DNA of 64,000 nucleotides, taken from contig JBCBZT010000010.1 of NCBI GenBank assembly GCA_039815185.1, forward strand, positions 64,001 through 128,000. The letters are read 5' to 3'. A program made the position numbers and the translations under genes. This document shows, in pieces, positions 49,869 through 60,051 of the stretch; the first letter of the stretch is position 1, and every line of letters begins with the position of its first letter. The notes below the pieces were generated by a model, which saw nothing but the letters and a program-made list of their open reading frames with translations, searched no databases and had not been told where the DNA came from. The stretch is from Cyanobacteria bacterium P01_A01_bin.123 (GTDB lineage: Bacteria > Cyanobacteriota > Cyanobacteriia > Phormidesmidales > Phormidesmidaceae).

Positions 49869-50708
49869 TTGAAAAATCAACCGCAAGGCTGGCAACCGAT
49901 TGCCCTTGCCATTGTCGCGGCGGTCATCGGCATTTTGGCCTCCAGTTGTTTCGTGATTATCAACCCCGGTCAAACGGGCGTCCTGAGCATTTTGGGTAAA
50001 GCTCAAGACGGTGCCTTATTAGAAGGTATCCACATCAAACCCCCTTTTGTCTCACGGGTGGACATTTATGACATCACCGTCCAAAAATTTGAAGTACCTG
50101 CCCAGAGCTCAACGAAAGATCTGCAAAACCTCACCGCCAGCTTTGCCATCAACTTTCGCTTAGATCCCGTCAAGGTTGTCGAAATCCGCCGCACCCAGGG
50201 AACCCTACAAAACGTTGTCTCTAAAATTATTGCGCCCCAAACCCAAGAATCTTTCAAAATTGCTGCCGCGTTGCGTACCGTTGAAGAAGCCATTACCCAA
50301 CGGACTCAGCTGAAGGAAGATTTTGATGTTGCCCTCAACAGTCGTCTAGAGCGGTACGGCATTATTGTGCTGGATACCAGCGTGGTTGACCTTACTTTCT
50401 CTCCAGAATTTGCCAAGGCCGTCGAAGAAAAGCAAATCGCAGAGCAGCGGGCTCGGCGGGCAGTCTACATTGCCCAAGAGGCAGAACAAGAGGCCCAAGC
50501 TGTCGTCAACCGGGCCAAAGGCCGTGCCGAAGCCCAGCGACTCTTAGCTGAAACCCTTAAGGCTCAAGGGGGTGAACTAGTACTACAAAAAGAAGCGATT
50601 GAAGCCTGGAAAGCAGGCGGTGCTCAAATGCCTAGGGTGCTAGTTATGGGAGGAGATGGCAAGTCAGGCGCACCTTTCTTATTTAACGTAGGAGATTTGC
50701 AGAATTAA
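49869..50708 (+). CDS. Prohibitin / SPFH (band 7) family protein
   Basis: N-terminal TM, SSTKDLQ and FAKAVEEKQIAEQ coiled coil; TTG start with GGGAG RBS. Confidence 0.92.
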   Translation: MKNQPQGWQPIALAIVAAVIGILASSCFVIINPGQTGVLSILGKAQDGALLEGIHIKPPFVSRVDIYDITVQKFEVPAQSSTKDLQNLTASFAINFRLDPVKVVEIRRTQGTLQNVVSKIIAPQTQESFKIAAALRTVEEAITQRTQLKEDFDVALNSRLERYGIIVLDTSVVDLTFSPEFAKAVEEKQIAEQRARRAVYIAQEAEQEAQAVVNRAKGRAEAQRLLAETLKAQGGELVLQKEAIEAWKAGGAQMPRVLVMGGDGKSGAPFLFNVGDLQN

Positions 50709-50752
50709 CCCTTGAGTTAAGCCAAATCCAAATTCGGGAAAATCCCTGCAGC

Positions 50753-50797
50753 AGGAGTCAGGAGCTAAAATCTATCATGATTTTGCTCCTGACTTCT
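50753..50797. terminator. Inverted repeat between convergent genes
   Basis: AGGAGTCAGGAGCTAAAATC ... GATTTTGCTCCTGACTTCT. Confidence 0.55.
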
Positions 50798-50881
50798 AAT
50801 TTTTCAGAAAATGCATCTACTCCCTTCCCTGCCCTTTAACTTCTGATTTCAAAATGCTCCCAAAATTCTAGATGACCATAA

Positions 50882-51316
50882 CTACTGCATTGGTTTTGTC
50901 CCATTCAGATTAGCCGCCATCCGCAGGCAGTTTTGGTGACCGTTGACCTGGAGCTGGTATTCAACGTTATCCATCAGTCGATTAAGAATCAGCCACCCAT
51001 ACCCACCTTCCTGGAACTGTTTTGGTTCTGGGGCAAGATAGGTGTCCAGATTAAACCCATCCCCAGAATCCCAAACTTCGATGAACAGTTCGCCATTTTT
51101 TAATTCCAGGCGAATAAGCACAGGGATATGGGATTGATCTTTATGGGCGTGACGCACAACATTAGAGTAAGCCTCCACTAATACCAGCCGCAGCCGATTT
51201 TCTACTTTGGGCCAATCGACGTGCTCACCGAGTTCAGCTTTGAGCGATTCGAGCAGCCAATGTTCGACAACGGTTAAGAATTTTAGGCTGCTAGGGACAT
51301 GGAGTTCAGTCTTCAT
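50882..51316 (-). CDS. RsbW/SpoIIAB-like anti-sigma Ser/Thr kinase (HATPase_c)
   Basis: EAYSNVVRHA (N box), DSGDGF (G1) and GGYGW.IL..LMD (G2). Confidence 0.9.
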   Translation of the reverse strand: MKTELHVPSSLKFLTVVEHWLLESLKAELGEHVDWPKVENRLRLVLVEAYSNVVRHAHKDQSHIPVLIRLELKNGELFIEVWDSGDGFNLDTYLAPEPKQFQEGGYGWLILNRLMDNVEYQLQVNGHQNCLRMAANLNGTKPMQ

Positions 51317-51319
51317 GAG

Positions 51320-53008
51320 TTACAGAACCTCCAAAGCCAAAATGGTTTGATCATCTTCTTGTTCAGCATGAAATGCTTCGAGCTGGGAGAGCAGTTTATC
51401 GAGGTCAAGCGGTTGACTTTGCTTCTTTAAGAGTTCCCAAAGTCCTGTTTGCTGAAGCATTTGGGTACTGTTGGGGTGATCGCCTTCAGCCACACTGGCT
51501 TCAGTAATGCCGTCACTGGTAATTAGCAGGGCATGGCCAGGAGGTAGCTCGATCTCCCCTGCTGCGGCTTGCCAAATGGGCAAAATACCTAGGGGAACCC
51601 CGCGTTTATCGAGATAGCTGGGCGCTGTGGATGATGGGTCAGCGGTGAGCTTGTATTGATGCCAAACCACAGGGTATACATGGCCCGCGTTGGCATAAAC
51701 CAAGTGATGTTGGCTAGGTGTATAGCGAGCAAGCACCATGGTGATAAAACAGTTATTGCCCACCAGATCATCGGACAACCCCGCGTTGAGATTTTGCATC
51801 ACAATGTTGGGTTCGGGGGGCAGCTCTTGGGAAAGTTCTCGTCGCAGAACCGAAATTGCACTGGCCATGAATAGGGCAGCCGGAACGCCTTTGCCTGAGA
51901 CATCACCCACGGCTAACCAAATATCGCCTTGGGGATGAACAAACACTTCAAAGAAGTCGCCCCCCACTTCGCGGGCAGGACGGCAACGGGCTTGGATACG
52001 AAGGCCATCAATTTGGGGCCAGCTTTGCCGTAACAGATTAGTTTGAATTTGCCTCGCCACAGCCAGTTCAGCTCGCATTTGCTCAGTTTGAGCTTGGATG
52101 CGTTGATAGAGCATGGCTTGGGAAATGGCCAAAGCGATTTGCTCAGAAACGCTTTGCAGCAAATCGATGGTTGCCTCAGTCCAGGGTTTCGCAGTGGAGA
52201 GTCGATGCAATCCGGCGATCGCGAGGTAATTTTTTTGATAAATTAGCGGCACAGTTAACGTAGCGACTGCACTTTCCACCACCGTTGACTGATCGAGCGC
52301 AATCTCCTGCCGCTGCACTACCGATTGAAAATTTGCAAAGGCATAAGTCTGTTCTAATATTTCAATGCCAGCAGGCTCAACGGATTCAGCGGTGTATATG
52401 TAGCAATCGTCACTCAAGTGATACTGAGGTGATTCGCCGGATATCGTTTCCACCGGACGCAGCACAACCTGGTGGGCTTCAAAGGTCTTGCCCAGCGTTT
52501 CAGCAATGGTTTGCAACATACTGGCATAGTCGAGGGATTCTCGAATTGCCCGCATCACGTCATTCAACAGGGATTCCCGACGCAGTGCTCGCCGTAGCGT
52601 GAGCGTGCGCTGTTTCAAAACGCGGTAGGTTTCCGCAGCTTGCACCACGACTGACTTCAGTTGGTCAGGATTCCAGGGTTTAGTGATGTACTTAAAAACT
52701 TTGCCCGAGTTAATTGCTTCTACCAAGTCTTCTACATCGGTGTAGCCCGTCAATACAATCCGAATCGTGTCTGGGAAACGCTCAACAGTACGGCCTAGAA
52801 ATTCTGTACCGTTCATTCTGGGCATGCGTTGGTCAGAGATGATGATCGCCATCTCTCCATATTCTTCCAGCGCTTCTAAGGCTCTAAAGCCGTTATCTGC
52901 CTTAAACACACGAAAGTCGCGTCTAAAGGTGCGATACAGCAAATCCAGGTTGTCAGGCTCATCGTCAACGACCATGAGCTTAAGTTTTGCGGCCAATTCC
53001 TGGCTCAT
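51320..53008 (-). CDS. REC-GAF-PP2C (SpoIIE/RsbU-like) phosphatase
   Basis: VVDDE/SDQRMP receiver, GAF region, then VGGDF, GDVSGKG, NAGH, SDGITEA and DDQT. Confidence 0.93.
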   Translation of the reverse strand: MSQELAAKLKLMVVDDEPDNLDLLYRTFRRDFRVFKADNGFRALEALEEYGEMAIIISDQRMPRMNGTEFLGRTVERFPDTIRIVLTGYTDVEDLVEAINSGKVFKYITKPWNPDQLKSVVVQAAETYRVLKQRTLTLRRALRRESLLNDVMRAIRESLDYASMLQTIAETLGKTFEAHQVVLRPVETISGESPQYHLSDDCYIYTAESVEPAGIEILEQTYAFANFQSVVQRQEIALDQSTVVESAVATLTVPLIYQKNYLAIAGLHRLSTAKPWTEATIDLLQSVSEQIALAISQAMLYQRIQAQTEQMRAELAVARQIQTNLLRQSWPQIDGLRIQARCRPAREVGGDFFEVFVHPQGDIWLAVGDVSGKGVPAALFMASAISVLRRELSQELPPEPNIVMQNLNAGLSDDLVGNNCFITMVLARYTPSQHHLVYANAGHVYPVVWHQYKLTADPSSTAPSYLDKRGVPLGILPIWQAAAGEIELPPGHALLITSDGITEASVAEGDHPNSTQMLQQTGLWELLKKQSQPLDLDKLLSQLEAFHAEQEDDQTILALEVL

Positions 53009-53513
53009 GTCAGCATCCTTAGGTGTAAGTTCCCGCCCGTGGGTGCATCCAACGATATAGGCAGGTTCGGTATATATAGTTCCCTAATCCTGCCTTAATC
53101 CTGTATTGGGTGCTCTAATTTTTCTTGATTTTGCCAACATCCTTAATTTAGGACTACGTTGGCAATAATCTACATCCGGTTTGAAAATTTGATTGAGGGC
53201 GCAAGGCTTCGTACCGTTCTAAAAAAGATAATGGAGCTGCATGTCGTCAAGGTTGATGCCTGCCAATCAATCTTTGATGACTGTAACGGACTACACATTA
53301 AACGTATACAGTGTTATCCTAATCAGTTTAAGCACTCTGAAGTTAAGTATGAAAGAAAGATCGGGATAAAGTTCACTAAGGATACATCAGTCAGAGTGAT
53401 GCATTAACTGTTTGATTCGCTATGATTCAGGGGATCTTTTACAAGGGCTTGAGAAAATCTAGGCAACGCGCCCTGAGGTTGTGGTTGCGGGGCCTAAATG
53501 ATCAATAGCCTGC

Positions 53514-54464
53514 ATGTGTATGCGCAAGTGGGGAATGACCATAGTGAATAAGATAGCCCGTTGGCCAATGGTGGCTGTAGCTGGGGCGATCGCGCTGAAC
53601 TCTGTTTTTGCGAGCCGCGTTGTCGCTACTACGGAGTCTGATATTGCTACGCTGCAAAATGAACTTGAACTTGCCGTTTGCCTGAATGAATGGCCTTATG
53701 CCTTGGCGTTAATTGATCCCCTGATTGCCGCCCCTAACGTTTCCGCGGGCTACCGTTCAGAGCTGGTGCAATTTCGCTATCAACTCCAGGGTTACGCTAC
53801 GATGAGTGCGATTATTCCCACATCATCGACTTGCGAAACGGTCTTAGCGCGCACTATTCCTGCGGATCGCGTGGTTTCTGCAGAGCTTCCTCTGGATTGG
53901 GCCGGTTCAATTTATGCGCTAACGAATTCAGGTAATCCAAGACCTGCGGCTATCCGTCAAACGGCCCAGGCTCAACCGATTGCCCAAGTTGTTCTGAACG
54001 ATGCCGATGAGCCCATTCCGCTCTTGAGCCCAGCGACTCCGGTTGATTTGAGCAATGGTTCGAATGTGGTAGCCGGGGCAGTCAGCACTGGCTATGAAGT
54101 GTTTAGCTTTTTAGCGGGTTTGGGCGATCGCGTGAGCTTAGAAGTAGATGTCACTGAAGTCTTACCAGGTGCGCTGTACACTGATGACGATTCACAGCTA
54201 TTTTTATTTGACCGCAATGGTAGGCTCCTGGTCGAGAATGACGACCTGAGCGGCTTGCAGTCGAGCATTCAAGACTTTGCCATTCCGGAAACGGGTTATT
54301 ATTACGCCGTTATCACGACTTACAACAATGATCCCATCTTGAATGCTGCACAGGAGATTTCAGGCTGGAGCAACAACGGGGGCAGCAACATTGAATATAC
54401 GCTAACCATCAGCGGGGTCACACCCACGGCACAGTTGCTGCGGCCTGCGGTCTCGGAACAATAG
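53514..54464 (+). CDS. Exported protein with a C-terminal PPC-like beta domain
   Basis: Signal-like N-terminus; DSQLFLFD..G.LL.ENDD...SSI....P.TG.YY; start uncertain. Confidence 0.7.
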   Translation: MCMRKWGMTIVNKIARWPMVAVAGAIALNSVFASRVVATTESDIATLQNELELAVCLNEWPYALALIDPLIAAPNVSAGYRSELVQFRYQLQGYATMSAIIPTSSTCETVLARTIPADRVVSAELPLDWAGSIYALTNSGNPRPAAIRQTAQAQPIAQVVLNDADEPIPLLSPATPVDLSNGSNVVAGAVSTGYEVFSFLAGLGDRVSLEVDVTEVLPGALYTDDDSQLFLFDRNGRLLVENDDLSGLQSSIQDFAIPETGYYYAVITTYNNDPILNAAQEISGWSNNGGSNIEYTLTISGVTPTAQLLRPAVSEQ

Positions 54465-54939
54465 CGATCTAGTCACTGCAGCATGATCTCGCCAGCCCGG
54501 TTCCCAGTCACTTCGACTGCAATTGTCTGGCTCAAGGCTAATGGATCAACTGTGTTGAGTAATTTCCCCCTATTTGCGCTGAATTTAGCAAAATTGGGCC
54601 CCATCGCCCAGATTAGTCTCAGTAAATCAACGATAGTCACAGGAATTTCGGCAGGCTAAGCTGAAGTCGTTCTGCAGGGGGTCAGCAGGCCGCTACGATC
54701 ACTCACATGAGAGTCGATTGGAAAACTTGAGTTTTAGCTCAGGGAAACAATAGATCTCGATGTAGCCGAAGCATAATTATAAATTTTTATCGGTTTTGTC
54801 GTTAGCGACTCGACACCATCAAGCGATACAATGCAAACTTTAATAGGCGTTTGTTGTTACAGCTTGGGTTCTGGTATCGATCGTAGTCTGTGTGTAGTCA
54901 TCCTCTGCCCGTTAGGTATAGATAATTCTGCTAGCATCT

Positions 54940-55635
54940 ATGCAATCCCAATCCACCGAACGTCATTCTCCCGAATTTTCTGACCAAATCCTCGGCGCGG
55001 TCTCTGGCTTTATCGACCGCCCGGAGGATACAGACCGCTCAGCGCCAGTTACATCGGCTGAGCCCTTTCCCTTTGAGGGGCACTATGTGGGTCAGATGGA
55101 TATGATGGCTGATGCCGGCACTGTTGCTCGGTATTTAGATGCCCATCAAGGCTGGTTTCAACGCTGTGCTCAACCCATGACGGCAGAACCTCTGGGAGAG
55201 ACTGGCTACGCCATTACCATTGGTCGATTTGGGGCCTTAGATTTTGAAGTCGAACCCAAGGTGGGTTTAGACTTGCTGCCCCAAGATCAGGGCATCTATC
55301 GCATTCGCACCATTCCGGTACCGGATTATCACCTAGACTGCTATTCCGTAGATTTCCAAGCCGCTATGCACCTCTTGGAAGTCCCCAATGCGAACGAGCC
55401 CCATAAGCCGACTACCCAGGTGGAGTGGGAATTGAATCTATCGGTGTGGATAAATTTTCCGCGGTTTATTCAAGTTTTGCCGCGATCGCTGGTGAAAAAC
55501 TCAGGCGATCGGCTGTTGAATCAAATCGTGCGCCAAGTCTCTCGGCGGTTGACTCGAAAAGTACAAGAAGACTTCCATAGCAGTATGGGGTTGGTCATGC
55601 CGGAAACGCAAAAGCGCCATTTTTGGCAGCGCTAA
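54940..55635 (+). CDS. DUF1997-family protein
   Basis: YLDAHQGWF.RCA.PM, EPK.GL.LLP and GDRLL.QIVRQVSRRLT.KVQEDFH. Confidence 0.85.
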   Translation: MQSQSTERHSPEFSDQILGAVSGFIDRPEDTDRSAPVTSAEPFPFEGHYVGQMDMMADAGTVARYLDAHQGWFQRCAQPMTAEPLGETGYAITIGRFGALDFEVEPKVGLDLLPQDQGIYRIRTIPVPDYHLDCYSVDFQAAMHLLEVPNANEPHKPTTQVEWELNLSVWINFPRFIQVLPRSLVKNSGDRLLNQIVRQVSRRLTRKVQEDFHSSMGLVMPETQKRHFWQR

Positions 55636-55781
55636 GTAGAGAAACACCAGAAGACATAAGGTTTAGAGAGCACTCAATTTAGAGAATGCTCAATGGGGAC
55701 TTGGATGACTGCGATGCATCCGGTCTCCTTAGTCAGGTGAATCGCGTCCTAAGCAAACTAGCGACGATCCTGTCTCCTGAC

Positions 55782-57248
55782 CTAACTGCTTTCAGAATGG
55801 GCTGCTTTCAGAATGGGAACCCTCGATGCGATCGCCTTTGGCCCATTCCAGTCAGGCTTTAATAGGTAAGTCTCCATCTCACCCTGGCCTTTGATATTAA
55901 TCTTGCCGCGACATTCAAATGCGTATTTGTGCTTGAGTAGTTCGTAGGTTGTTGCACTCACATGAATCCGATCAGCTACGCCGTGGGATTCCATACGACT
56001 GGCCACATTGACGGCATCTCCCCAGAGGTCATAGCTAAATTTTTTGATCCCAATCACTCCAGCCACCACTGGGCCAGTATTGATGCCAATGCGCAGACGT
56101 AAAGGATTGCCGTTAGGACGTTTGAGATTGCGTATTGCCTGCTGCATCTCTAGGGCCATTTTGAGCGTGGCTTCGGCATGGTTTGGCGTGGGTATTGGCA
56201 ATCCCCCTACGACCATATAGGCATCGCCAATGGTTTTAATTTTCTCTAGGTGATGGCGTTCGGCAATACCATCAAAGGTTGAGAAGATTTTGTTGAGAAA
56301 TTGAACCAGCTGATGGGGCGATAGGGCTGTTGAAAGTCCTGAGAAATCGACGATATCAGCAAATAGAATGGTGACGGATCCAAATCGAGAGGCGATCGCT
56401 TCTTGTTCAACCTTGAGTTTTTCTGCAATGGAGGCGGGCAAAATGTTCAGCAGCAGCCGCTCAGTTTTTTGCTGCTCAACTTTCAAGGCTGCCTCTGCTT
56501 CTTTCCGTTCGTGGATTTCTCGGTGAATCCGATTGAACATTGTCCCGAAGGCCTGGGCTACTTCTCCCAACTCATCGTCGCGGGTTTGACTCAGGGTGTA
56601 GAAGTTGGGAATTTCATCTTGACTCACTGCCTCACCTGTCACCATCAGATCATCGCGCAAATGCAAAATCGGCACGATCAGCAGCTTTTCTAGCACTAAA
56701 ATCGTGACTAGGGTGACAAAAGCAGAAATGATGATCACCAGACCGCCAATAGCTAACACATATCGCTGCATTGTAACTTTGGCATCTGTGGCATCCAGCC
56801 GAACAACAAACACCAACTGATCTTGAAACTGACTTGCTGGCCAAGCCAACTCATAGCGGGTTCGATCCGCCGTCAATTGCCGGGTCGGTCTGTCCTGGCT
56901 GATGTCTGAAAGTGTAAGACTGGCCTGTTCACCGAACTGATCGATGACAGTGCCGTCCAATTCATAAACTACTGCACCTACGATGAAAGAATTGGGTTTG
57001 ATCCGCTCTTCGGCTGACGGTAGTAATTTTGCGGGGGCCATGCCATCCATGGCATTGTTTTTGATTGTGTAAAGCACCTCTTGGGATAGCAGTTCTAAAT
57101 CCCCCAACTTTTCCTGATAGCGCCGGAAATAGGACGGAATAAAAATGACCCCTTCAATTGTGATAATGCTGAGAAAAACCGAAGAAGCGATCCGTCTAGA
57201 GAGACGAGACTTCAACAAACCAACCGTGGATTGCAGCAGACCAGGCAT
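55782..57248 (-). CDS. Membrane sensor class III adenylate cyclase (2 TM + HAMP)
   Basis: Two TM helices, HAMP (DELGEVA..F..M), FADIV, KTIGDAY and YDLWGDAVNVASRME. Confidence 0.92.
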   Translation of the reverse strand: MPGLLQSTVGLLKSRLSRRIASSVFLSIITIEGVIFIPSYFRRYQEKLGDLELLSQEVLYTIKNNAMDGMAPAKLLPSAEERIKPNSFIVGAVVYELDGTVIDQFGEQASLTLSDISQDRPTRQLTADRTRYELAWPASQFQDQLVFVVRLDATDAKVTMQRYVLAIGGLVIIISAFVTLVTILVLEKLLIVPILHLRDDLMVTGEAVSQDEIPNFYTLSQTRDDELGEVAQAFGTMFNRIHREIHERKEAEAALKVEQQKTERLLLNILPASIAEKLKVEQEAIASRFGSVTILFADIVDFSGLSTALSPHQLVQFLNKIFSTFDGIAERHHLEKIKTIGDAYMVVGGLPIPTPNHAEATLKMALEMQQAIRNLKRPNGNPLRLRIGINTGPVVAGVIGIKKFSYDLWGDAVNVASRMESHGVADRIHVSATTYELLKHKYAFECRGKINIKGQGEMETYLLKPDWNGPKAIASRVPILKAAHSESS

Positions 57249-57506
57249 GGCGAGATAGCGACGATGAATTGCAGGAAACACTTTAATCCTACTGACTAAG
57301 ACAGTTATTTCCGGTGGAAAGTAATCCTGGGAACTGACAGGGACTTAAATGTTTGCTGAGCGTTTACTGAGTTCAGGTATCAGCACCGACTTAACCATTA
57401 GGGTACCCAGCTCTCCTAGAGTCGTCCCTTCGCCATCAAGCTTTTAGCGACCATCCACCAAGATTAGCCTCTGATTCTTCTCTCAGTAAACGTCAATGTG
57501 ACTGGC

Positions 57507-58439
57507 CTACAAATGAGTTGTCAACTGGCGATGCACTGCAAAATATCCCGCCTCCACATGCGCTAAATAAGGGGCTAATTGGGTATGGGCATCGGGTAAC
57601 GCATGGAACGGAATGGCAGGATAAAGGTGATGTTCAGCATGGAAGGGCATGTTCCACATTAGCAAACGCAAGGGCCACAGGGTTAGCGTTGTGCGGGTGT
57701 TGGTGAAGGAATTGGCATCATTGGTGCAACCAGTGTGCTCAGCTAACAAGATAAATCGCAAAATCGGTTGCCCAACTGCCAGGGGTAACAGCCAATACAC
57801 GACGATAAAACTAGGATGCCCTAGCGCTGCCGACACCAGGAAAATTGCGGCATAGGCTAAAATCTGAAGCTGTGTAGAACGAGTCACATCGGCCCGCGCC
57901 TCGGCTGCAATAAAGTCACACCCAGCGAGATCTCCTTTGGCAACGTTGAAATGGGACTTCACTTTACTTATCCACCATCCAAGCGCGCTGAGCGCCATTA
58001 AGTACTCACGCCAGTTCGTAGGGGGTGGGTCGCTGAGTTCTGGATCTTTACCGGGGATTTGGGTATAGCGGTGATGCCACTTGTGATAGCGACGATAGAA
58101 GTCACTGTTATAAAAGGACAAAAACCCGGCCATCCACTCTACCCAGCGATTCATCCGGAGACTCTCAAAAGCCGTGCGGTGCCCACATTCGTGCAGGGGA
58201 GCGAACATGGCGGCAAAACTGAAACCATAAACAACGAGTGCCGGTATGGCAATCCATAGGTGACTCTGCTGGGTACCCCAGAGATATCCACTAGTGACCA
58301 TAATTGTCAGATGTCCAATAAGGTGACGCCATCCCTTGAGGTCGGACTTTTGATTGAGGGTTTTGAGATCTGCAGGCGACAATACTTGTTTGGGGATAGG
58401 TGACTGATGGATTTTGACAGGGGGCTGAAGACCGACCAT
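57507..58439 (-). CDS. Membrane fatty-acid-desaturase-superfamily di-iron enzyme (MocD-like)
   Basis: His boxes HECGH, HKWHH and HAEHH; LLAEHTGC; NTRTT. Confidence 0.85.
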   Translation of the reverse strand: MVGLQPPVKIHQSPIPKQVLSPADLKTLNQKSDLKGWRHLIGHLTIMVTSGYLWGTQQSHLWIAIPALVVYGFSFAAMFAPLHECGHRTAFESLRMNRWVEWMAGFLSFYNSDFYRRYHKWHHRYTQIPGKDPELSDPPPTNWREYLMALSALGWWISKVKSHFNVAKGDLAGCDFIAAEARADVTRSTQLQILAYAAIFLVSAALGHPSFIVVYWLLPLAVGQPILRFILLAEHTGCTNDANSFTNTRTTLTLWPLRLLMWNMPFHAEHHLYPAIPFHALPDAHTQLAPYLAHVEAGYFAVHRQLTTHL

Positions 58440-58566
58440 AGGTAAATTACTCCAGATGGATTGAGACAGCTAAACCATGTCCGTTTGCTTCAGGTAGGGA
58501 GATAAGACCCTGTGCTCCTAAAAGAAAACGGTGGACTAGATGGGGATGAGGTTTGCTATACTCGCC

Positions 58567-58623
58567 ACTTATTATGACAAGTTTGACCATAACCCTATCA
58601 AAGAGCTACCTGTTATAACAAGT
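58567..58623. promoter_or_regulatory. Two GntR/HutC-type operator palindromes
   Basis: ACTTATTATGACAAGT (58567-58582) and ACCTGTTATAACAAGT (58608-58623) lie between the divergent desaturase and gntR genes. Confidence 0.65.
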
Positions 58624-58674
58624 AGGGGGTCTAGATTTGATGACAAACCGAGTTTTACCTGTGTCTATAAATCC

Positions 58675-59412
58675 ATGGCCGATCCGCTCCACATTTTGAT
58701 TTCAGCTCAGTTGCAGCAGCAAATTGTTCAGGGGGATTACGGGGCAGAGGCAAAGTTGCCCAGTGAACGGCAACTGATGGCACAGTTTGGTGTAAGTCGG
58801 ATCACGATCCGTCGCGCGATCGCAAACCTGATTCACCAAGGTCTGGTCACCGCTTACCAGGGAAAAGGCGTATTTGTGAATGAACGCCGTAAGATTGCCC
58901 ATTCGCTCTCTAGTCCTCTGGTGTTTGTAGGCAACGACATGACGCAACAGGGTATAGACTTTGCCATGCGCAATTTGGTATTTGAACCGATTGCCGTCCC
59001 CGAAGCCGTGCGCATCGGATTGCAGATTGCTTCACAGCAGGCCAAAGTGTATCTGCAAAAGAAATTATTTTTGATGAATGGGGTCGTGGGGGCAATTGAC
59101 ATCACCTATATCCCTTTTGATCTAGGCAAAGCCCACAGTCAGGCGCTGCAATCTCAAATGACCTTTCCCACGTTGGAAGCGAGGGGCATATCGATTGAAC
59201 GGATAGAGGCGCTGTTGGAATGTACCCATGCCGATAGTGAAATCAGTGAACACTTGGGGGTGCCCCTGGGCCATCCGCTGATGGTTTATCGCTACACGGC
59301 CTATACGCAAGACAATCAGCCTATTGTCTATGGCGAATCAATTTCGCGGGCCGATCGGTTTTGCTATACGGTCACAATTACCAGAGGCTCCCCTAATCAA
59401 CATGGGTTTTGA
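58675..59412 (+). CDS. GntR-family regulator, HutC/UTRA subfamily
   Basis: KLPSERQL...FGVSRITIRRAI..L...G.....QGKGVFV plus a UTRA-like C-terminus; ATG 58675 chosen because the longer ORF runs over the operators. Confidence 0.92.
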   Translation: MADPLHILISAQLQQQIVQGDYGAEAKLPSERQLMAQFGVSRITIRRAIANLIHQGLVTAYQGKGVFVNERRKIAHSLSSPLVFVGNDMTQQGIDFAMRNLVFEPIAVPEAVRIGLQIASQQAKVYLQKKLFLMNGVVGAIDITYIPFDLGKAHSQALQSQMTFPTLEARGISIERIEALLECTHADSEISEHLGVPLGHPLMVYRYTAYTQDNQPIVYGESISRADRFCYTVTITRGSPNQHGF

Positions 59413-59932
59413 GGAAATCTAATACTTCGTCACACCAGCCAATCCAGTCTTCTTCATAGCGAATGCCTCGGCGTAGGGTGAGATAGCGAAACTGTTCAGC
59501 AGCGGTATTGTTTTGCCGGGCTTGGAAATGAACTTCTTTGTCTTGGTAGCGCTGAAGCTGGGTTTGGTGGAGTTGACGACGGTGGTGAAGTTCTTTGAGC
59601 AATAAGTCGCGGGGCATGTGGGCTGCGGCCATGACTTTCACCAACAAGTCTTCGCGGACTGGGGTGGGTTCAGTGGGTTCAGCGAACCATTTAGCCAATT
59701 CTTGGTGGCCGAGTTCAGTGATCTGATAAACCTTTTTGTCCGGTTTACCTTCCTGGGGAATCTTTTCGAAATTGACCCAACCCTGGGTCTCCATTTTGGA
59801 TAGTTCGCGATAAATCTGTTGCTGACTTGCTTTCCAGTAGCACCCCACACCTTCATCAAAGCGTTTACCAATGTCGTAACCGCTGCAAGGACAGTGGGAA
59901 AGAACCGCCAAAATCGTGTGGGCTAAGGCCAT
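59393..59932 (-). CDS. PadR-family regulator
   Basis: SGYDI.K.F......W.AS.QQIY.EL, P.KKVY.IT..G...L..W and a Vir_act_alpha_C-like tail. Confidence 0.93.
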   Translation of the reverse strand: MALAHTILAVLSHCPCSGYDIGKRFDEGVGCYWKASQQQIYRELSKMETQGWVNFEKIPQEGKPDKKVYQITELGHQELAKWFAEPTEPTPVREDLLVKVMAAAHMPRDLLLKELHHRRQLHQTQLQRYQDKEVHFQARQNNTAAEQFRYLTLRRGIRYEEDWIGWCDEVLDFLKTHVD

Positions 59933-59956
59933 AGCTGTCGAACTGGATCGGGAAGA

Positions 59957-59986
59957 TTGACATACTCAACAAATTGAGTATACGCT
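59957..59986 (+). promoter_or_regulatory. Sigma70-type promoter of the RND operon overlapped by a palindromic operator
   Basis: TTGACA-N18-TACGCT with ATACTCAA-CAAA-TTGAGTAT (59962-59981). Confidence 0.65.
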
Positions 59987-60051
59987 AAGGTGTAAATAAG
60001 CAAAAAGTTGAATAACAAAAGGTTGTTTAGGTAATCATTTGGATTTCTACC

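Noticed and set aside
53159..53407. Small ORFs in AT-rich gaps (also 23977-24413 and 48406-48702)
   Set aside because: No RBS, motif or coding-like composition; probably promoter DNA.
58540..58674. N-terminal extension of GntR in the ORF track
   Set aside because: It overlaps the operator palindromes and precedes the HTH domain; ATG 58675 is the more plausible start.
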